In this document: piece by piece, positions 1 to 15,451 of the stretch
Position numbering within the stretch: position 1 is the stretch's first letter
How the letters are laid out: every line of letters starts with the position of its first letter
Origin: Eledone cirrhosa
Taxonomy: Eukaryota
NCBI GenBank assembly: GCA_964016885.1
Contig: OZ024751.1
Location: 18,662,001 to 18,726,000, forward strand
Direction of reading: 5' to 3'
Length of the DNA stretch: 64,000 nucleotides
The notes under the pieces: generated by a model
Databases searched by the model: none
Seen by the model: the letters and a program-made list of their open reading frames with translations, nothing else
Told to the model about the DNA's origin: nothing
Program-made: the position numbers and the translations under genes

Positions 1-1330
1 CACACACATATATATCAATGTATATATATATATTAATGTGTATATATATATCAATGTGTATTTATATATATTTATATATATATATATATATATCAATGTG
101 AATGTATATATATATGAATATATATCAATGTATGTATTTATTTATATATATATAAATATATAAATATATATATATACTTAGACATAGTATATACGTATAC
201 ATATATACTATGTCTAAGTATATATATATATATATTTATATATATACATATATATATACATACATTGATATATATGCACACACACAGACACACACAAACA
301 TACACACACTCACACACGTTAACGATAATGTATCTCAGTAATAGAATACTACTTATTATAAATTTAACAATTCAATAATGCTAATGAAAATACCATCCGC
401 CAGAAATTCTTACTTATTTTTCGAAAGCAGCACTCATATTTCTGAAGAATGGTCTCTGATTTCTTTACATATCTATTTTGTAATGCACCACCGATCCACC
501 ACGCTAGCATCACTACACCATCACCTCAACCATCTCCTCCGTTATTGCTCACAGCACATGTTGGCCCATGATTGAGTCTGTAGTTGTAGTGGTAGTACTT
601 ATGTTTTAAGGTTGATTGTGGTGGTATGTATGTATGTATGTGTGTATGTATGTGTGAATGTATGTGTGTATGTATGTGTGAATGTATGTATGTGTGTATG
701 TATGTATGTGTGTATGTATGTATGTATGTATGTGTGAATGTATGTGTGAATGTATGTGTGTATGTATGTATGTATGTATGTATGTGTATGTATGTATGTA
801 TGTATGTGTGTATGTATGTGTGTGTGAATGTATGTATGTGTGTATGTATGTATGTATGTGTGAATGTATGTGTGAATGTATGTGTGTGTATGTATGTATG
901 TATGTATGTATGTATGTGTGAATGTATGTGTGAATGTATGTGTGAATGTATGTGTGTGTATGTATGTATGTATGTATGTATGTATGTGTGTATGTATGTG
1001 TGTGTTCTTCTGGTTTTATAATTTCACAAAGTTTTACCAATAGAGAGAGAGAGTCGGTTTCTAACATAGACACAAGACTCTCTCATTGGAATTTACACAG
1101 CATCAACTAGGTAGATATATATATGCATGCATGTGTAGATACGGATGTTATTGTATGTGCGGATGTGTGTTTTGAGTTATATGTGTGCATGTGTATATGC
1201 TTTGTATCTGTACATGTGTATATGCACTTATTAGATGCAACATTTTTGGAATGTTTTACATATTTTTACTGTTCCATTAATGTATGTGTGTATGTATGTG
1301 TGTGTATGTATATGTATGTGTGTGTGTGTA

Positions 1331-1365
<35 letters not shown>

Positions 1366-1513
1366 ATGTACTCGTAACTCCTGGTGGAGTCGCACGGGCA
1401 ACTCTAGCGATATACGGCGTTTCTTGAGCATTTTAAACCTTGCCGTGCTCATTCTCTATCCAGGACTGAACATAGACGATTTTTTTCTAGAGGAGGTGAG
1501 AGAGAGAAATGGG

Positions 1514-1592
<79 letters not shown>

Positions 1593-2268
1593 AGAAAGAA
1601 GTGGGAAAGAGATATTGAGGAAAATACCCTAGTGTAGGACAGGTACTTCCTTTATCGATCTCAAAAGGATGAAAGGCAATGATGACCTTGGTAGAATTTA
1701 AAATCAGAATTTTGAGAGCCGGAACGAATATCGCACAGTATTCTATCCGACTTTCAAAATATTCAGTCAATTCGCTTCTTATTTTGTTCTGTGGTAAAAC
1801 TTCTTACAGTAAACGTGAGTTATCAAATTGGAAACTTCTACGTGGTTTTCTTGATTTACTAGAAATAGTAGTAAAATCTTCCGCATATGAACGCACATTG
1901 CTTAGAGATCGGCGTGTTGGATTCACAATCATAGTTCGTGGGTTCAATTCTCTGAGTAGGCAAACACGTTGCTTTCCGTGATTAGACCAGGGTCCCTCTC
2001 ATTAAAACATCAAAGAAACTTAATTTGAGATACAACCTCGGAGGATGCCAGTTAATCATACATAGGTGTGGGTAGCAGAGTTAATTTGTTTTGTTTGGTA
2101 TGTTGTTGTTTTTTCAAAATCTTCCTTAAAGCACACCATACCATCTAAAAATTGATAATGGAGTCATAGATAAATGGTGGCGGTGGTGTTGATGGTATTA
2201 TTGTTGTTGGTGGTAGAGGTAGCAGTGGCAGCGAAATGATTATAGAGGGTTGGTGATATTAGTGAGGT

Positions 2269-2314
<46 letters not shown>

Positions 2315-2377
2315 AGTAGTGATGGTGATGGTGGTAGTGGTGTTGCTGTGGAAGACAGTGATTGTGGTGTTCATGGC

Positions 2378-2410
<33 letters not shown>

Positions 2411-2685
2411 AATGATGTTGTATGTGTGCGTATATGATGATGTTTGTGTATGTGGTGATGATGATGATTTTGTGTAGGGATGAGGCAACATCTTTCGACA
2501 GGGTGTCAAATGTCTGACCAGGTTTCCTAACTGAATTCAAATCATTGCACGTCTGTTGAATCCCTCTTGTTGCATCTAACCCTTTTACAAATCTATGTAT
2601 ATATGTGTGTGTATATATATATATATATATAATGTATATATATGTATATTTATATATATATATATATATATATGTGTGTATATAT

Positions 2686-2970
2686 GTGTGTTGTTTCCTT
2701 GAGCAAGACACTTTATTTCACATTGCTCCAGTTTACTCAGCTGTAGAAATGAGATGATAGGGACTGGGGGGGTCCCTATCATTCCACTGCAAAGTGGTCG
2801 TGGAGGTGCCACGGCAAGAAAGCACCCATCACTCACTGTAAATGAGGTTGGTGTTAGGAAGGGCATCCAGCTGTAGAAATGTAGCCAGAATCAGTTCCCG
2901 TCCCACCCTTGTAAGCAGGGAAAAGAGGACGTAAAATGAAATGATGATGATGATGATGATGATGATGATA
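2686..2970 (+). mobile_element. SINE family A, 5' truncated, (TGA)n tail
   Basis: Matches the 49380 copy from the core to the tail. Confidence 0.85.
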
Positions 2971-3252
2971 TATACATACACACACATGTATCTATCTATT
3001 TGTAAATCCCTTTATCTCTATGTGTGTGGGTTTGTATTTAATTATATTTCCTTGTCAGGCTGTCAGTCTGATGTGTCTGTCTCTCTGTCTCTCTGTCAAC
3101 TTCTCCCTCCCCCTCTTTCATACGCTCTCTCCTTTTTCTTATCTCTCCCTTTCTCTCGTGTTATCATTCAATATATTCACTCTTTCCCTTTTTCAGTCTC
3201 TCTCACACACATACACACGCACGCACGCACACACACACACACACACACACAT

Positions 3253-3301
<49 letters not shown>

Positions 3302-3347
3302 CCAAGAGAGAGAGAGAGAGAGAAAGAAAGAGAGGTAGAGATTTATA

Positions 3348-3393
<46 letters not shown>

Positions 3394-3603
3394 GGGAAGA
3401 AAGAGGAAAACTGCGTGGTTGCACATGGGTTACATATTATAAAATGAGTCCCTCATCAGTGATTTGCCAACCATCATTGGTATTTCATCGCATTAAAAAA
3501 TATATATATATATATGCAGAGGTTATATTTAATTTGTTAGGATTCAGCAAGCTTAACATTTTTATAACTGATATAAAGCACTCAACAGATTAGTGGAGTA
3601 AAT

Positions 3604-3835
3604 ATACAATATATTAATAAATGGAAACTATATTTATAAAACCATAATTATTTTATTATTTATATGTCAAGGGCAACCAAGGTAAATTATGGTACGCTTT
3701 CATCAGATAAAATACAGATTTGTTTTATAAATAAATATTGACATGCCCGGAAATAATATTGACATACCCTTGAAATATATATAATAAAATAATTATGGTT
3801 TTATAAATATAGTTTCCATTTATTAATATATTGTA

Positions 3836-3836
<1 letters not shown>
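3604..3836. mobile_element. Inverted-repeat element H4 with decayed hammerhead on - strand (3651-3712)
   Basis: About 70-bp arms. Minus strand ttttat-CTGATGA-aagcgtacca...tggttgccctt-GACA-tataaa-TA-ataaaa; the other arm keeps GAAA tatata TA ataaaa. Confidence 0.55.
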
Positions 3837-3877
<41 letters not shown>

Positions 3878-3942
3878 CACATGCTCTTGTCGAAAATATT
3901 TGCCTGATCAACAGAATCATCACAACTTCCCTCCACCATCAT

Positions 3943-4432
3943 CACCTCCAACAGTACAACAAGAACAACAAACCACCACCATCACCACCTCCAACAGTAC
4001 AACAAGAACAACAAACCGCCACCATCACCACCTCCAACAGTACAACAAGAACAACAAACCGCCACCATCACCACCTCCAACAGTACAACAAGAACAACAA
4101 ACCGCCACCATCACCACCTCCAACAGTACAACAAGAACAACAAGAACAACAAACCGCCACCATCAGCACCTCCAACAGTACAACAAGAACAACAAACCGC
4201 CACCATCACCACCTCCAACAGTACAACAAGAACAACAAGAACAACAAACCGCCACCATCACCACCTCCAACAGTACAACAAGAACAACAAGAACAACAAA
4301 GCGCCACCATCAGCACCTCCAACAGTACAACAAGAACAACAAACCGCCACCATCACCACCTCCAACAGTACAACAAGAACAACAAACCGCCACCATCACC
4401 ACCTCCAACAGTACAACAAGAACAACAAACCG
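3943..4432. repeat. 43/52-bp minisatellite
   Basis: Unit cctccaacagtacaacaagaacaacaaaccgccaccatcacca; some units carry an extra 9 bp. Confidence 0.9.
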
Positions 4433-4750
4433 CCGCCGCCGCCGCCATCATCATCGCCACCACCACCACCACCACCCTCACCAACACTCCTCTCCCCTAC
4501 ACCACTACCACCACCAACAACTCTCTCCTCCACCCACCTCTACTATCACCAACAACAACACTGCCATGCCACCTCCTACTCTTCCAATAGCTATACAGCA
4601 ATATATAGCATTTTAACAACAATAGTCTTTCTCTCAGACAGCAGTTGAAGATAGCGTGATAGGAATCAATTGAGGATTGAGAATTATTCCTATCGATCCA
4701 TTGTTTATTGATTCGCAATGGGTTTCAGTCCTTCATTGTTGTTGTTTTCA

Positions 4751-4782
<32 letters not shown>

Positions 4783-7700
4783 TGGTACTTGTGGCATTTT
4801 TTAACGTGTACAAGTGTGTAGTGGTGGTGGTGGTGATGGTGATGGTGGTGGTGGTGTTAAAAATGGTGGTGGCGGTGGTGTTGCTAGTGTTAGGTGTGAT
4901 AGTTGTGCTGGTGAGGGTGGCGGTGGTGTTGCTAGTGTTAGGTGTGATAGAGGAGATGGTGGTGGTGATGGTGGTTGTGATAGTGTTGAGGTGTGATAGA
5001 GGAGGTGGTGGTGGTGGTGGTGGTTATGATTGTGATGGTGATGATGGTGTTGATAGTATTGAGGTGTGATAGCGGAGGTGGTGGTGGTTATAGCTATAGT
5101 TATGGTTCTGGTTGTGGTGGTGGTGGTGGTGGTGGTGGTGTTGATAGTGTTGAGGTGTGATAGCGGAGGTGGTGGTGGTTATAGTTATGGTTAAGGTTAT
5201 GGTTCTGGTTGTGGTGGTGGTGGTGGTGTTGATAGTGTTAGGTGTGATAGCGGAGGTGGTGGTGGTTATAGCTATAGTTATGGTTCTGGTTGTGGTGGTG
5301 ATGGTGGTGGTGGTGGTGGTGGTGTTGATAGTGTTAGGCGTGATAGTGGGGGTGGTGGTCGTCGTGGTGGTCGTGTTGATAGTAGTGGTATCGGTGGTGG
5401 TGATGGTGTGTGAGAATAGCAGTTGTGGTATGGGTGGTTGTGGTGATATTGGTGGCGTAGAGTGGTTGTGATATTGATAGATGTGGTGATGGTGTCGTGT
5501 AGTTTTGGCGGTAGTGGTTAGGGCTGATGGTATTGATCGTAGTGGTTGGGATAATGGTGTGGTGGTGGTGCTGATTGTAGTGGTAATAGTGATGGTGTTG
5601 GTCGTGTTGGTGGTGATGATGGTGGTTGAGCTACAGTTGATGGGGGGGTGTATGTGTTCATCTGTATGTGGGGGGTGAGGTTGGGCGGGGGGGGGGGGTA
5701 TTTCAGCGTGTGATTTTATTGTTATTGCGATTGTTATTGTTATTGTTTTGGTTCTTTGGTTCTTTTGTCATTTTTTGTGTGGTGGCGGTAGTGGTGGCGG
5801 TGGTGGTGGTAGTGGTGGTGAAGAAGCTGTATGTGATTGTAGTGGTGGTGGTGTAGAGGGTGTGTATGTGAGATTGTGGTGGTAGTGGTGGTTGTAGTGT
5901 AGGTGTATATATATATATATATATATATATGTGTTTGTGGTTGTGGTTGTGGAGAAAGTGTATGTGCCTATGATAATGGTGGTGATGAGGATGGCAGTGT
6001 TAAAGTGTGTGTATGCGTGTGCTATTGATTGTGTGTGTCGCTGTGTGTATATGTGTATATATGTGTGTGTGGTTGTGGAGAAAGTGTATGTCTGTGATAA
6101 TGATGGTGGTGATGATGGCATTGTTGAAGTGTGTGTGTGTGACATTATGTGTGTCTGTATGTATATATGTGTATGTGTGTCTGTGTCTCAGAGAGTGTGT
6201 GTGTGTGTCAGTGAGTGTGCATGTGTGTGTATGTATGTATGTATATGTATGTATGTATGTTTGTGTGTGTGTTCATGTATATTTGTGTATGTGTGTATGT
6301 TTGTGTATATGTATGTATGTATGTTTGTGTGTGTGTGTGTGTGTATGTGTCTATGTTTGTGTATATGTATATATGTTTGTGTGTGTGTTCATGTATATTT
6401 GTGTATGTGTGTATGTTTGTGTATATGTATGTTTGTGCGTGTGTGTGTATCTGTATGTGTGTGTCTGTATGTTTGTGTATATGTATGTTTGTGTGTGTGT
6501 TCATGTATATTTGTGTATGTGTGTATATTTGTGTATATGTATGTATATGTATGTTTGTGTGTGTGTGTCTGTATGTGTGTGTCTGTATGTTTGTGTATAT
6601 GTATGTATGTGTGTGTGTGTGTCTATATATTTGTGTATGTGTGTGTATCTCTGTGTACGTGTGTGATTTTATTTTTATTGGGTGTGATTTTATTGGTATT
6701 TGTATTGTTGTTGTTGTTGTAGTTGTTGTAGTTGCTGTAGTTGTAGTTGTAGTTGTTGTTGTTGTTGTTACAGCATTCTCCTTTGTGATTTAGGAGGGAT
6801 TTATTTTTTTCGTGTTTAGTTATTGTTGTTATTGTTGCTGATGTTGCTGTTATTGTTGCAGTTGTTGTTGTTGTTGTTGTTTCTCCATTTAATAGCATAA
6901 CCGTGTTATTTTATAAATGGAGAAGCAAGAGGAGAAGCAAGAGGAGATGGAGGGGGATGTGGAGGAGGGGGGGGGGGGATATCTGGTTTTATAGAGAAAC
7001 CCTAGAGCTGGAGTAGTTTTTCTCGACAGCATTAACGTTTACCGCCATTGTTGTTACTGTTGTTGGTGGTGGTGGTGTTGATGGTGGTGATGGTGGTGAT
7101 GGTGATGGTGATTGTAGAAGAATTGAGGATGGTGGTGAAGGGGGTGGTATGGTGGTGGTAAGGTGGTGGTATGGTGGGGGGTGAAGGTGGTGGTATGGTG
7201 GTGGTGAAGGTGGTGGTATGGTGGTGGTAAGGTGGTGAAGGTGGTGGTATGGTGGTGATGGTGAAGGTGGTGGTAAGGTGGTGATGGTGGTGAAGGTGGT
7301 GTATGGTGGTGAAGGTGGTGGTAAGGTGGGGGTGAAGGTGGTGGTATGGTGGTGTGTATTGGTGGTGGTAAGGTGGTGGTGAAGGTGATGATATGGTGGT
7401 GTAAGGTGGTGAAGGTGGTGGTAAGGTGGTGATGGTGGTGAAGGTGGTGGTATGGTGGTGAAGGTGGTGGTAAGGTGGTGATGGTGATTGTAGAAGAATT
7501 GAGGCTGGTGGTGGTGGTGGTAAAGGTGGTGGTATAACGTGGTGATAGTGATAGAAGAATTGAGGATGGCGGTGGTGAGGTGGTGGTAAGGTGGTGGTAG
7601 TAGGAGAAATTGATGATGGTGGTGGCGGTAATGGTGTAGGTAGTGAAATTGATGGTGATGGTGGTGGTAGTGATAGTAAAAGAATTGATGGTGGTATGGT

Positions 7701-7809
7701 GGTTGTGGTGGTGGTGGTGGCGGCGATGGTATTGATAGTAGAAGAATTAATGTTGGTGTTGGTTGTGATGTCGATGATGTTGATAGTGGTAGAATTAGAA
7801 TTGATGATG

Positions 7810-7854
<45 letters not shown>

Positions 7855-8798
7855 GTAGTACTGTTGGTGTTGTTGATGGTGGTGGTGATGGTAGTAAAAT
7901 TGATGATGATGGTGATGGTGGTGGTGGTGGTGGTGGTGATGTCGATGATGTTGATGGTGGTAGAATTTAGAATTGATGATGGTGATGGTGTCGATGGGGG
8001 TGGTGATGGTTGTAGAATTGCTAATAGTGGTGGTGATGGTAGCTGTAGAGTTGACGGTGCTAGTGGTGGTGTCGGGTGTGTGTATTGTCAAGTGTGGAGG
8101 TGTGTGGGGGGGGGGGGGGGGGGGGGGTAGTTGTGACAGGAAAGACAGACAAAAGTGGTGGAAACAGTGATTATATCACTTTGTCTCTTTTGGTACTGGT
8201 GAAACTGTTGATGTTAATGGTACATTTTAGTGGTAATGGTGGTAATTGTGAAAGAGGTGGTGGTGGGTTGGTTGCAGTGGTTGTAGTAGTAGTGGTGGTG
8301 GTGGTGGTGGTGGTAGTAGTCATAATAGTGGTTTGTGGTGCTTGTAGTAATTGTGAAGGTGGTGGTGCTGGTGGTTGTTGTGCTAGCTGTAGTAGAACTA
8401 GAGAAATAGTAAGACCAGTAGCAGTGGTGGTGGTAGTAGTAGTGTTGGTGGTGGTGGTAATAGTGGTGGTGGTGGTAGTAGTGCTGGTGGTTGTTGTGCT
8501 GGCTGTAGTAGAACTAGAGAAATAGTAAGATCAGCAGCAGTGGAGGTGCTAGTAGTAGTAGTGTTGGTGGTGGTGGTAATTGTGGTGGTGGTGGTTGTAC
8601 TGGCTGTAGTAGAACTAGTAATAGTAAGATCAGCAGTGGTGGTGGTGGTGGTGGTGGTGGTGGTAGTAGTAGTGGTGGTTGTAGTAGTAGTAGTGGGTAT
8701 GTCTGACACCACCAGTTTTACACTTTCTTTAGTAACAGATACAAACACAACCTCTAAAGTTAAATCTCTCTCTCTCTCTCTCTCCCGCACACGCACAG

Positions 8799-8833
<35 letters not shown>

Positions 8834-9018
8834 CCCTACATTAATATAACTTGCTAATCTTTCAACACATACATTGTAAATGTTTGTGTGTACATATGCG
8901 GTTGTGGATTTGTGATTAGGGTCGCATGTGCGAATATATATCTATGCAAACGTATATGTATTTATATAGATATGTGTATATATAAACCTTGTATAAGTGT
9001 CGTATATATTATTATTAT

Positions 9019-9232
9019 AGGGCGGGGGAATAGCAGAATCGGTAGAGCGTCGGACAAAATGCTTTGCGGCATAGGGTTACGGCTCTTTTGGTTCTGAGTT
9101 GACATCTCGCCGAGGTTAGCTTTCCCTTTCATCCTTGCGTGGGTCGATAAATAAAGCATTAGTGGGCGATTTAATCGAATTTCCCCTCCCCTTCAAATTG
9201 CTGGCCTTGTGGCAAAAGTAGAAACAATTATT
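9019..9232 (+). mobile_element. SINE family C
   Basis: Colinear, more diverged copy. Confidence 0.75.
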
Positions 9233-9855
9233 ATCATTATAATTATTAATATAAGATTCCTCTGCCCAACGGTTAAGCTTCTACCGTCTAAAAACTGTTA
9301 TAAGCTTAACAGTGAGGCAATAATATGTTTCCTACTTCCCTAAAGTATAGAGTTCTAAGTTGAGTAATGTCTTACTAGTGTCAACCAGTAACATCCCATC
9401 TCATTTACTCACATAAATATATATTTTTCGGTGTTTTTTTTTTTTTACTGTTTTCTCTTTTCTTCCCTTTGCTTTCCTTCCCTCCCTCCTCCGATTTCCC
9501 AATAACTTATCCAGTTATTGGCGCCCTGGGGTGAGATATATTGTCTTTAAAGCGTAGAAATATCCGAGAAACCCAGTAGACAACTGATGTGGAACCCCTC
9601 CCCCGCGTTCTTGTTTTCTTCGCATTCCCGCTGCATTTTAAGTTATATATACAGTATATATATATATATACTGTATATATATATATTTATATATACAGTA
9701 TTTAAGTATCGAGAGAGAGAAAAAAAGAATGAAACAGTTCTAATCTTGTAGAATCTCATCTATATTAAAACTTTTATACTCTGCTATGTATTGAGTACCT
9801 TACTTACTGTGGTTACCTCCGATTCAACCCGGAATAACGTATATATATATATATA

Positions 9856-9955
9856 CAGTGTGTCCCCAAAATGTATACCCTTTTCAACAATCTTCTAATA
9901 AATATTATCTGTACAGGTATATCAAGGTGTTTATGTATTTTTGGGGGACACCCTG
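9856..9955. mobile_element. Tc1/mariner-type MITE
   Basis: TA|cagtgtgtccccaaaa ... tttgggggacaccctg|TA: imperfect TIRs and TA target duplication. Confidence 0.65.
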
Positions 9956-10280
9956 TAAATATATATATATATAATATCAAGAAAGATATTTGTAAGGAAC
10001 GGAACAGTTTAATAAGTTACACAATACATTAGTAGAACATCCATATTCTACAGTACTAGAACTATTTCATTTTTTTTTTAAATTAAAATTATATGCATAC
10101 ACACAAACACACGCATGTATATATATATATATGTATGTTTATGTCTGTGTGTGTGTGTATGTTTGTGTGCGTATATGTTTGTGTGTGTGTGTATATATAT
10201 GTGTGTGTGTATATGTGTGTGTGTATATATGTCTGTGTGTGTATATATGTGTGTATGTGTGTATATATGTGTGTCTGTAG

Positions 10281-10343
<63 letters not shown>

Positions 10344-10520
10344 GTGTGTCTGTGTGTGTATATATGTGTGTGTGTGTGTATGTATATACTTATGTATTTT
10401 TGTGTGTCATTCTATCAGTACCGTTGTGACTCTATACATATGTATGTGAGTTCCTTTGTGTAAAAAGCTACACACATGTGTGTGTGTATAATGAAGTATC
10501 ACTATGTAATTGTATGTATG

Positions 10521-10572
<52 letters not shown>

Positions 10573-10612
10573 ATAATAATAAATTTGAAGACTAAAATCC
10601 CAAAAGGGCTGT

Positions 10613-10643
<31 letters not shown>

Positions 10644-10712
10644 ATATGTATGAAGGTTATCCTGGGGCTGTAAAATTTCTGTGTATACATATGTGTGAAA
10701 AGAAGTGTGTGT

Positions 10713-10745
<33 letters not shown>

Positions 10746-11140
10746 ATGTGTGTACGTGTGAGTGTGTGCGTGTGCGACTCTTAACTGCTAAGCAAACTTG
10801 GCTCAGGAAACAGAAACTGAATATTTGAAAAGTACTAGATTCTTGAACGTATGTTATTCACCTGTCATCGTATAGTATACATGTTTATATGTGAATATAT
10901 ATATATATATGTGCTTGGGTATATATATCATGTTTTTATATATGTATATATATATACTATACACACACATACACATTATATATATGTGTATACATATTTA
11001 CACAGACGTTATATTTATGTGTGTGTCCGTGTTTAAACATTTGTGTGCTTATATTAACTTCCGAATGTGTAAATTCAAATCCACAGATACATAAATGTGT
11101 AAAAAAAATATACACACACGCATGTGTATATATATATATG

Positions 11141-11171
<31 letters not shown>

Positions 11172-11241
11172 GTGTATATATATATGTGTGTATATATATA
11201 TATGTGTATATATATATGTATATATGTGTGTGTATCTATAT

Positions 11242-11441
11242 NNNNNNNNNNNNNNNNNNNNNNNNNNNNNNNNNNNNNNNNNNNNNNNNNNNNNNNNNNN
11301 NNNNNNNNNNNNNNNNNNNNNNNNNNNNNNNNNNNNNNNNNNNNNNNNNNNNNNNNNNNNNNNNNNNNNNNNNNNNNNNNNNNNNNNNNNNNNNNNNNNN
11401 NNNNNNNNNNNNNNNNNNNNNNNNNNNNNNNNNNNNNNNNN
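11242..11441. other. Assembly gap (200 N)
   Basis: Run of N between two microsatellites. Confidence 1.
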
Positions 11442-11828
11442 CTCACCTCCCTCTCTTTCTCTCTCCCTCCCCTCTCCCTCTCTCTCTCTCTCTGACACAC
11501 TATTTCTCCCACCCTTTCATCATTCCCCCTATCCGAATAACTCTAAGCACTCTTATAGTATGTGCAAGTACATATTTACACACATGCACGCACATATGTA
11601 TGTATGTAACGAATGTTTGTATGTCTTTATGTATGTATGTATGACCGTATGCGTGGCCTCACCTTTATTTTTAGAAATTGACATGAAATAGTGACTGTAA
11701 TTTGAGGGCAATTTTGCTGCTATTTCGAGCAGTTTTGATTGACAACATAAACCCTTCCTGAGCCCGTCCCAATTTTCTTTTAACTGTTCTGTCTATATAA
11801 CAGACGAAAAGAATATTTGCACTTAGCT

Positions 11829-12324
<496 letters not shown>

Positions 12325-13959
12325 TAACAGATTAAAGTTTAAGCAAAGAATCGCTGCTTTCACCCTTAACGGGATCTTCTGAAACTCATATATTTAACTT
12401 ATATATTTGATATATATTTATCATTATCGAGCCCTCTTTGGATTTAGTCTTCAAATGTATTATTGTTACTATATATATATATATAGATAGATAGATAGAT
12501 ATGTTTCTTTATTAGCCACAGGAGCACAAAAGAAGGGGACAAATACAAAGGGGAAGTTTACATACAATAAAAACAATACATAGATAGATAGATAGAAACA
12601 AAGAGCTGTGTGGTTATTTGATAACATTTGTTTAGAAATGAAAGGACAGCGCAAACAAGGGACAGTTTGTCTGCTGGAGGTCACCGACATTTGACAGCGA
12701 CCTCCAGCAGACAACTGAATAGGGGACTGTTCCATGTTTATGCTTTCCTTTAATTTATATATATATATATATATACACGGATTCACACACATACATTGTC
12801 TGTGCATCGACATTCCGATAGAGAAGAAACTCCTAGCAATGTTTATTAATCCATGTGGTGTTGTGTGGAAGAGTATCTTTGGCTGGTTTAGAGGTTGTTC
12901 TTCCGTTATTGTTTGAATATATATTTTTTCTACACTATATTCACAGTAAAACAACATGTCCGTTAGTTTATTTGTTGCAATATTTCTCACAAATGAGACC
13001 GGCAATGTATTTCAATTAAGTTTGCAAATAATGAAAAAAATGCTGTAATTTAAAAATATATTTAATTTTCTCAATAGTAAGCTGATGTTTGGATTATTAC
13101 TCAAGAAGGTGTTCATACATAAAATTATTGTGGTTTCTATATCCTGTCCTTCGCAAATTTCTTACTAGTATTTCATTAATAGACTATAGAGTATAAAATG
13201 TGAAACTAGTCTGTAGGGAGAGTTGGACCCAGAACGCTGCGAGCCGAAACAACTTTTTGCAAGATTCTACCAATCTCGCCGAGAGATTCTTGCCATCATG
13301 TATGGAAGTGAAACTGTGTGAAACGTGAAACTCTGTCCCTTTGATTTACACATGAAACTTATTTTGTTCCAGTTAAGTAGACTGTAGTGACATGGAATAA
13401 AACGTCTTGTTTGAGAACAACAGAAGTCGGGAATCGAAATCACAATCTTATCATCGTCAGCTGAAAACCCCTTAATCGCTACGATAACGCAGCTTTACAC
13501 ATTAATGCCTGTGCTATACTTGATTTCTAATTGAAGCACAAGGCCAGAAAATTAGGGGAAGATCAAATTTAATTAATTTAACCCTAGTACATACCGTGCG
13601 CTTTATTTCATCGACAGCAGAAGGATGAATGGCAAAGTTGACTATGGTGGGATTTGAACTCAGAATATTAAGAAAGAAAAACAAAAAAATATAATTGTAT
13701 TTGTTATTCGATGATCTACCAGTTCTATCAATCAACTACCCTGGTATGCACTAGTATTGAAAATGTACTACCTCCCTCCCCTCTTTCCCGTAGCTCCTGA
13801 GTGAGTCGTAGTGGACACTGGATTGACATACAGCGTTTCTAAGACATTTAAAAACCTGGTGGAGCCCATCTCTCTCCAAGTCTGAATACAGCATAGCTTT
13901 TTCAGAGAAGGATAGAGAGTGAGAGAATGAAAGTGAGAAATAGATATAGAGGAAGAATC

Positions 13960-14118
13960 GACCTTGGTACTAGGCTAATAGATTTTTTTTTTTTATCGAC
14001 CTGGAATAGATGAAAAGCAAAGTTGACCTCAGTGGGATTTGAACCCAGAGAGGAGAAAGCCGAAACAAATACGGCAAAGTATTCTATCTGACGTTCTAAC
14101 GAGTGGCAATTCGCTGCC
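13960..14118 (-). mobile_element. SINE family C (head merges into the 59-bp minisatellite); further decayed copies at 13525-13665 and 1630-1775
   Basis: gatgaaaagcaaagttgacctcagtgggatttgaacccag matches the family C reverse complement. Confidence 0.7.
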
Positions 14119-15451
14119 TATGAAAACGGGCTACCGTGAGCTTCTTACAACAATCTAACGAGTGGCAATTCGCTGCCTATGAAAACGGGCTACCGTGAGC
14201 TTCTTACAACATTCTAACGAGTAGGCAACTCGCTGCCTATGAAAACGGGCTACCGTGAGCTTCTTACAACAATCTAACGAGTGGCAATTCGCTGCCTATG
14301 AAAACGGGCTACCGTGAGCTTCTTACAACAATCTAACGAGTGGCAATTCGCTGCCTATGAAAACGGGCTACCGTGAGCTTCTTACAACAATCTAACGAGT
14401 GGCAATTCGCTGCCTATGAAAACGGGCTACCGTGAGCTTCTTACAACATTCTAACGAGTGGCAATTCGCTGCCTATGAAAACGGGCTACCGTGAGCTTCT
14501 TACAACAATCTAACGAGTGGCAATTCGCTGCCTATGAAAACGGGCTACCGTGAGCTTCTTACAACAATCTAACGAGTGGCAATTCGCTGCCTATGAAAAC
14601 GGGCTACCGTGAGCTTCTTACAACAATCTAACGAGTGGCAATTCGCTGCCTATGAAAACGGGCTACCGTGAGCTTCTTACAACAATCTAACGAGTGGCAA
14701 TTCGCTGCCTATGAAAACAGGCTACCGTGAGCTTCTTACAACAATCTAACGAGTGGCAATTCGCTGCCTATGAAAACGGGCTACCGTGAGCTTCTTACAA
14801 CAATCTAACGTGTGGCAATTCGCTGCCTATGAAAACAGGCTACCGTGAGCTTCTTACAACAATCTAACGAGTGGCAATTCGCTGCCTATGAAAACGGGCT
14901 ACCGTGAGCTTCTTACAACAATCTAACGAGTGGCAATTCGCTGCCTATGAAAACAGGCTACCGTGAGCTTCTTACAACAATCTAACGAGTGGCAATTCGC
15001 TGCCTATGAAAACGGGCTACCGTGAGCTTCTTACAACAATCTAACGAGTGGCAATTCGCTGCCTATGAAAACGGGCTACCGTGAGCTTCTTACAACAATC
15101 TAACGAGTGGCAATTCGCTGCCTATGAAAACGGGCTACCGTGAGCTTCTTACAACAATCTAACGAGTGGCAATTCGCTGCCTATGAAAACAGGCTACCGT
15201 GAGCTTCTTACAACAATCTAACGAGTGGCAATTCGCTGCCTATGAAAACGGGCTACCGTGAGCTTCTTACAACATTCTAACGAGTGGCAATTCGCTTCCT
15301 ATGAAAACGGGCTACCGTGAGCTTCTTACAACAATCTAACGAGTGGCAATTCGCTGCCTATGAAAACGGGCTACCGTGAGCTTCTTACAACAATCTAACG
15401 AGTGGCAATCCGCTGCCTATGAAAACGGGCTACCGTGAGCTTCTTACAACA
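14095..15451. repeat. 59-bp minisatellite, about 23 near-identical copies
   Basis: Unit tctaacgagtggcaattcgctgcctatgaaaacgggctaccgtgagcttcttacaacaa. Confidence 0.97.

Noticed and set aside
12469-13005. 178-aa minus-strand ORF
   Set aside because: Interrupted by microsatellites with no recognisable domain; likely decayed retroelement 3' sequence.
14095-15451. Regular 59-bp array as CRISPR or coding repeat
   Set aside because: Head-to-tail near-identical units without spacers; no long ORF.
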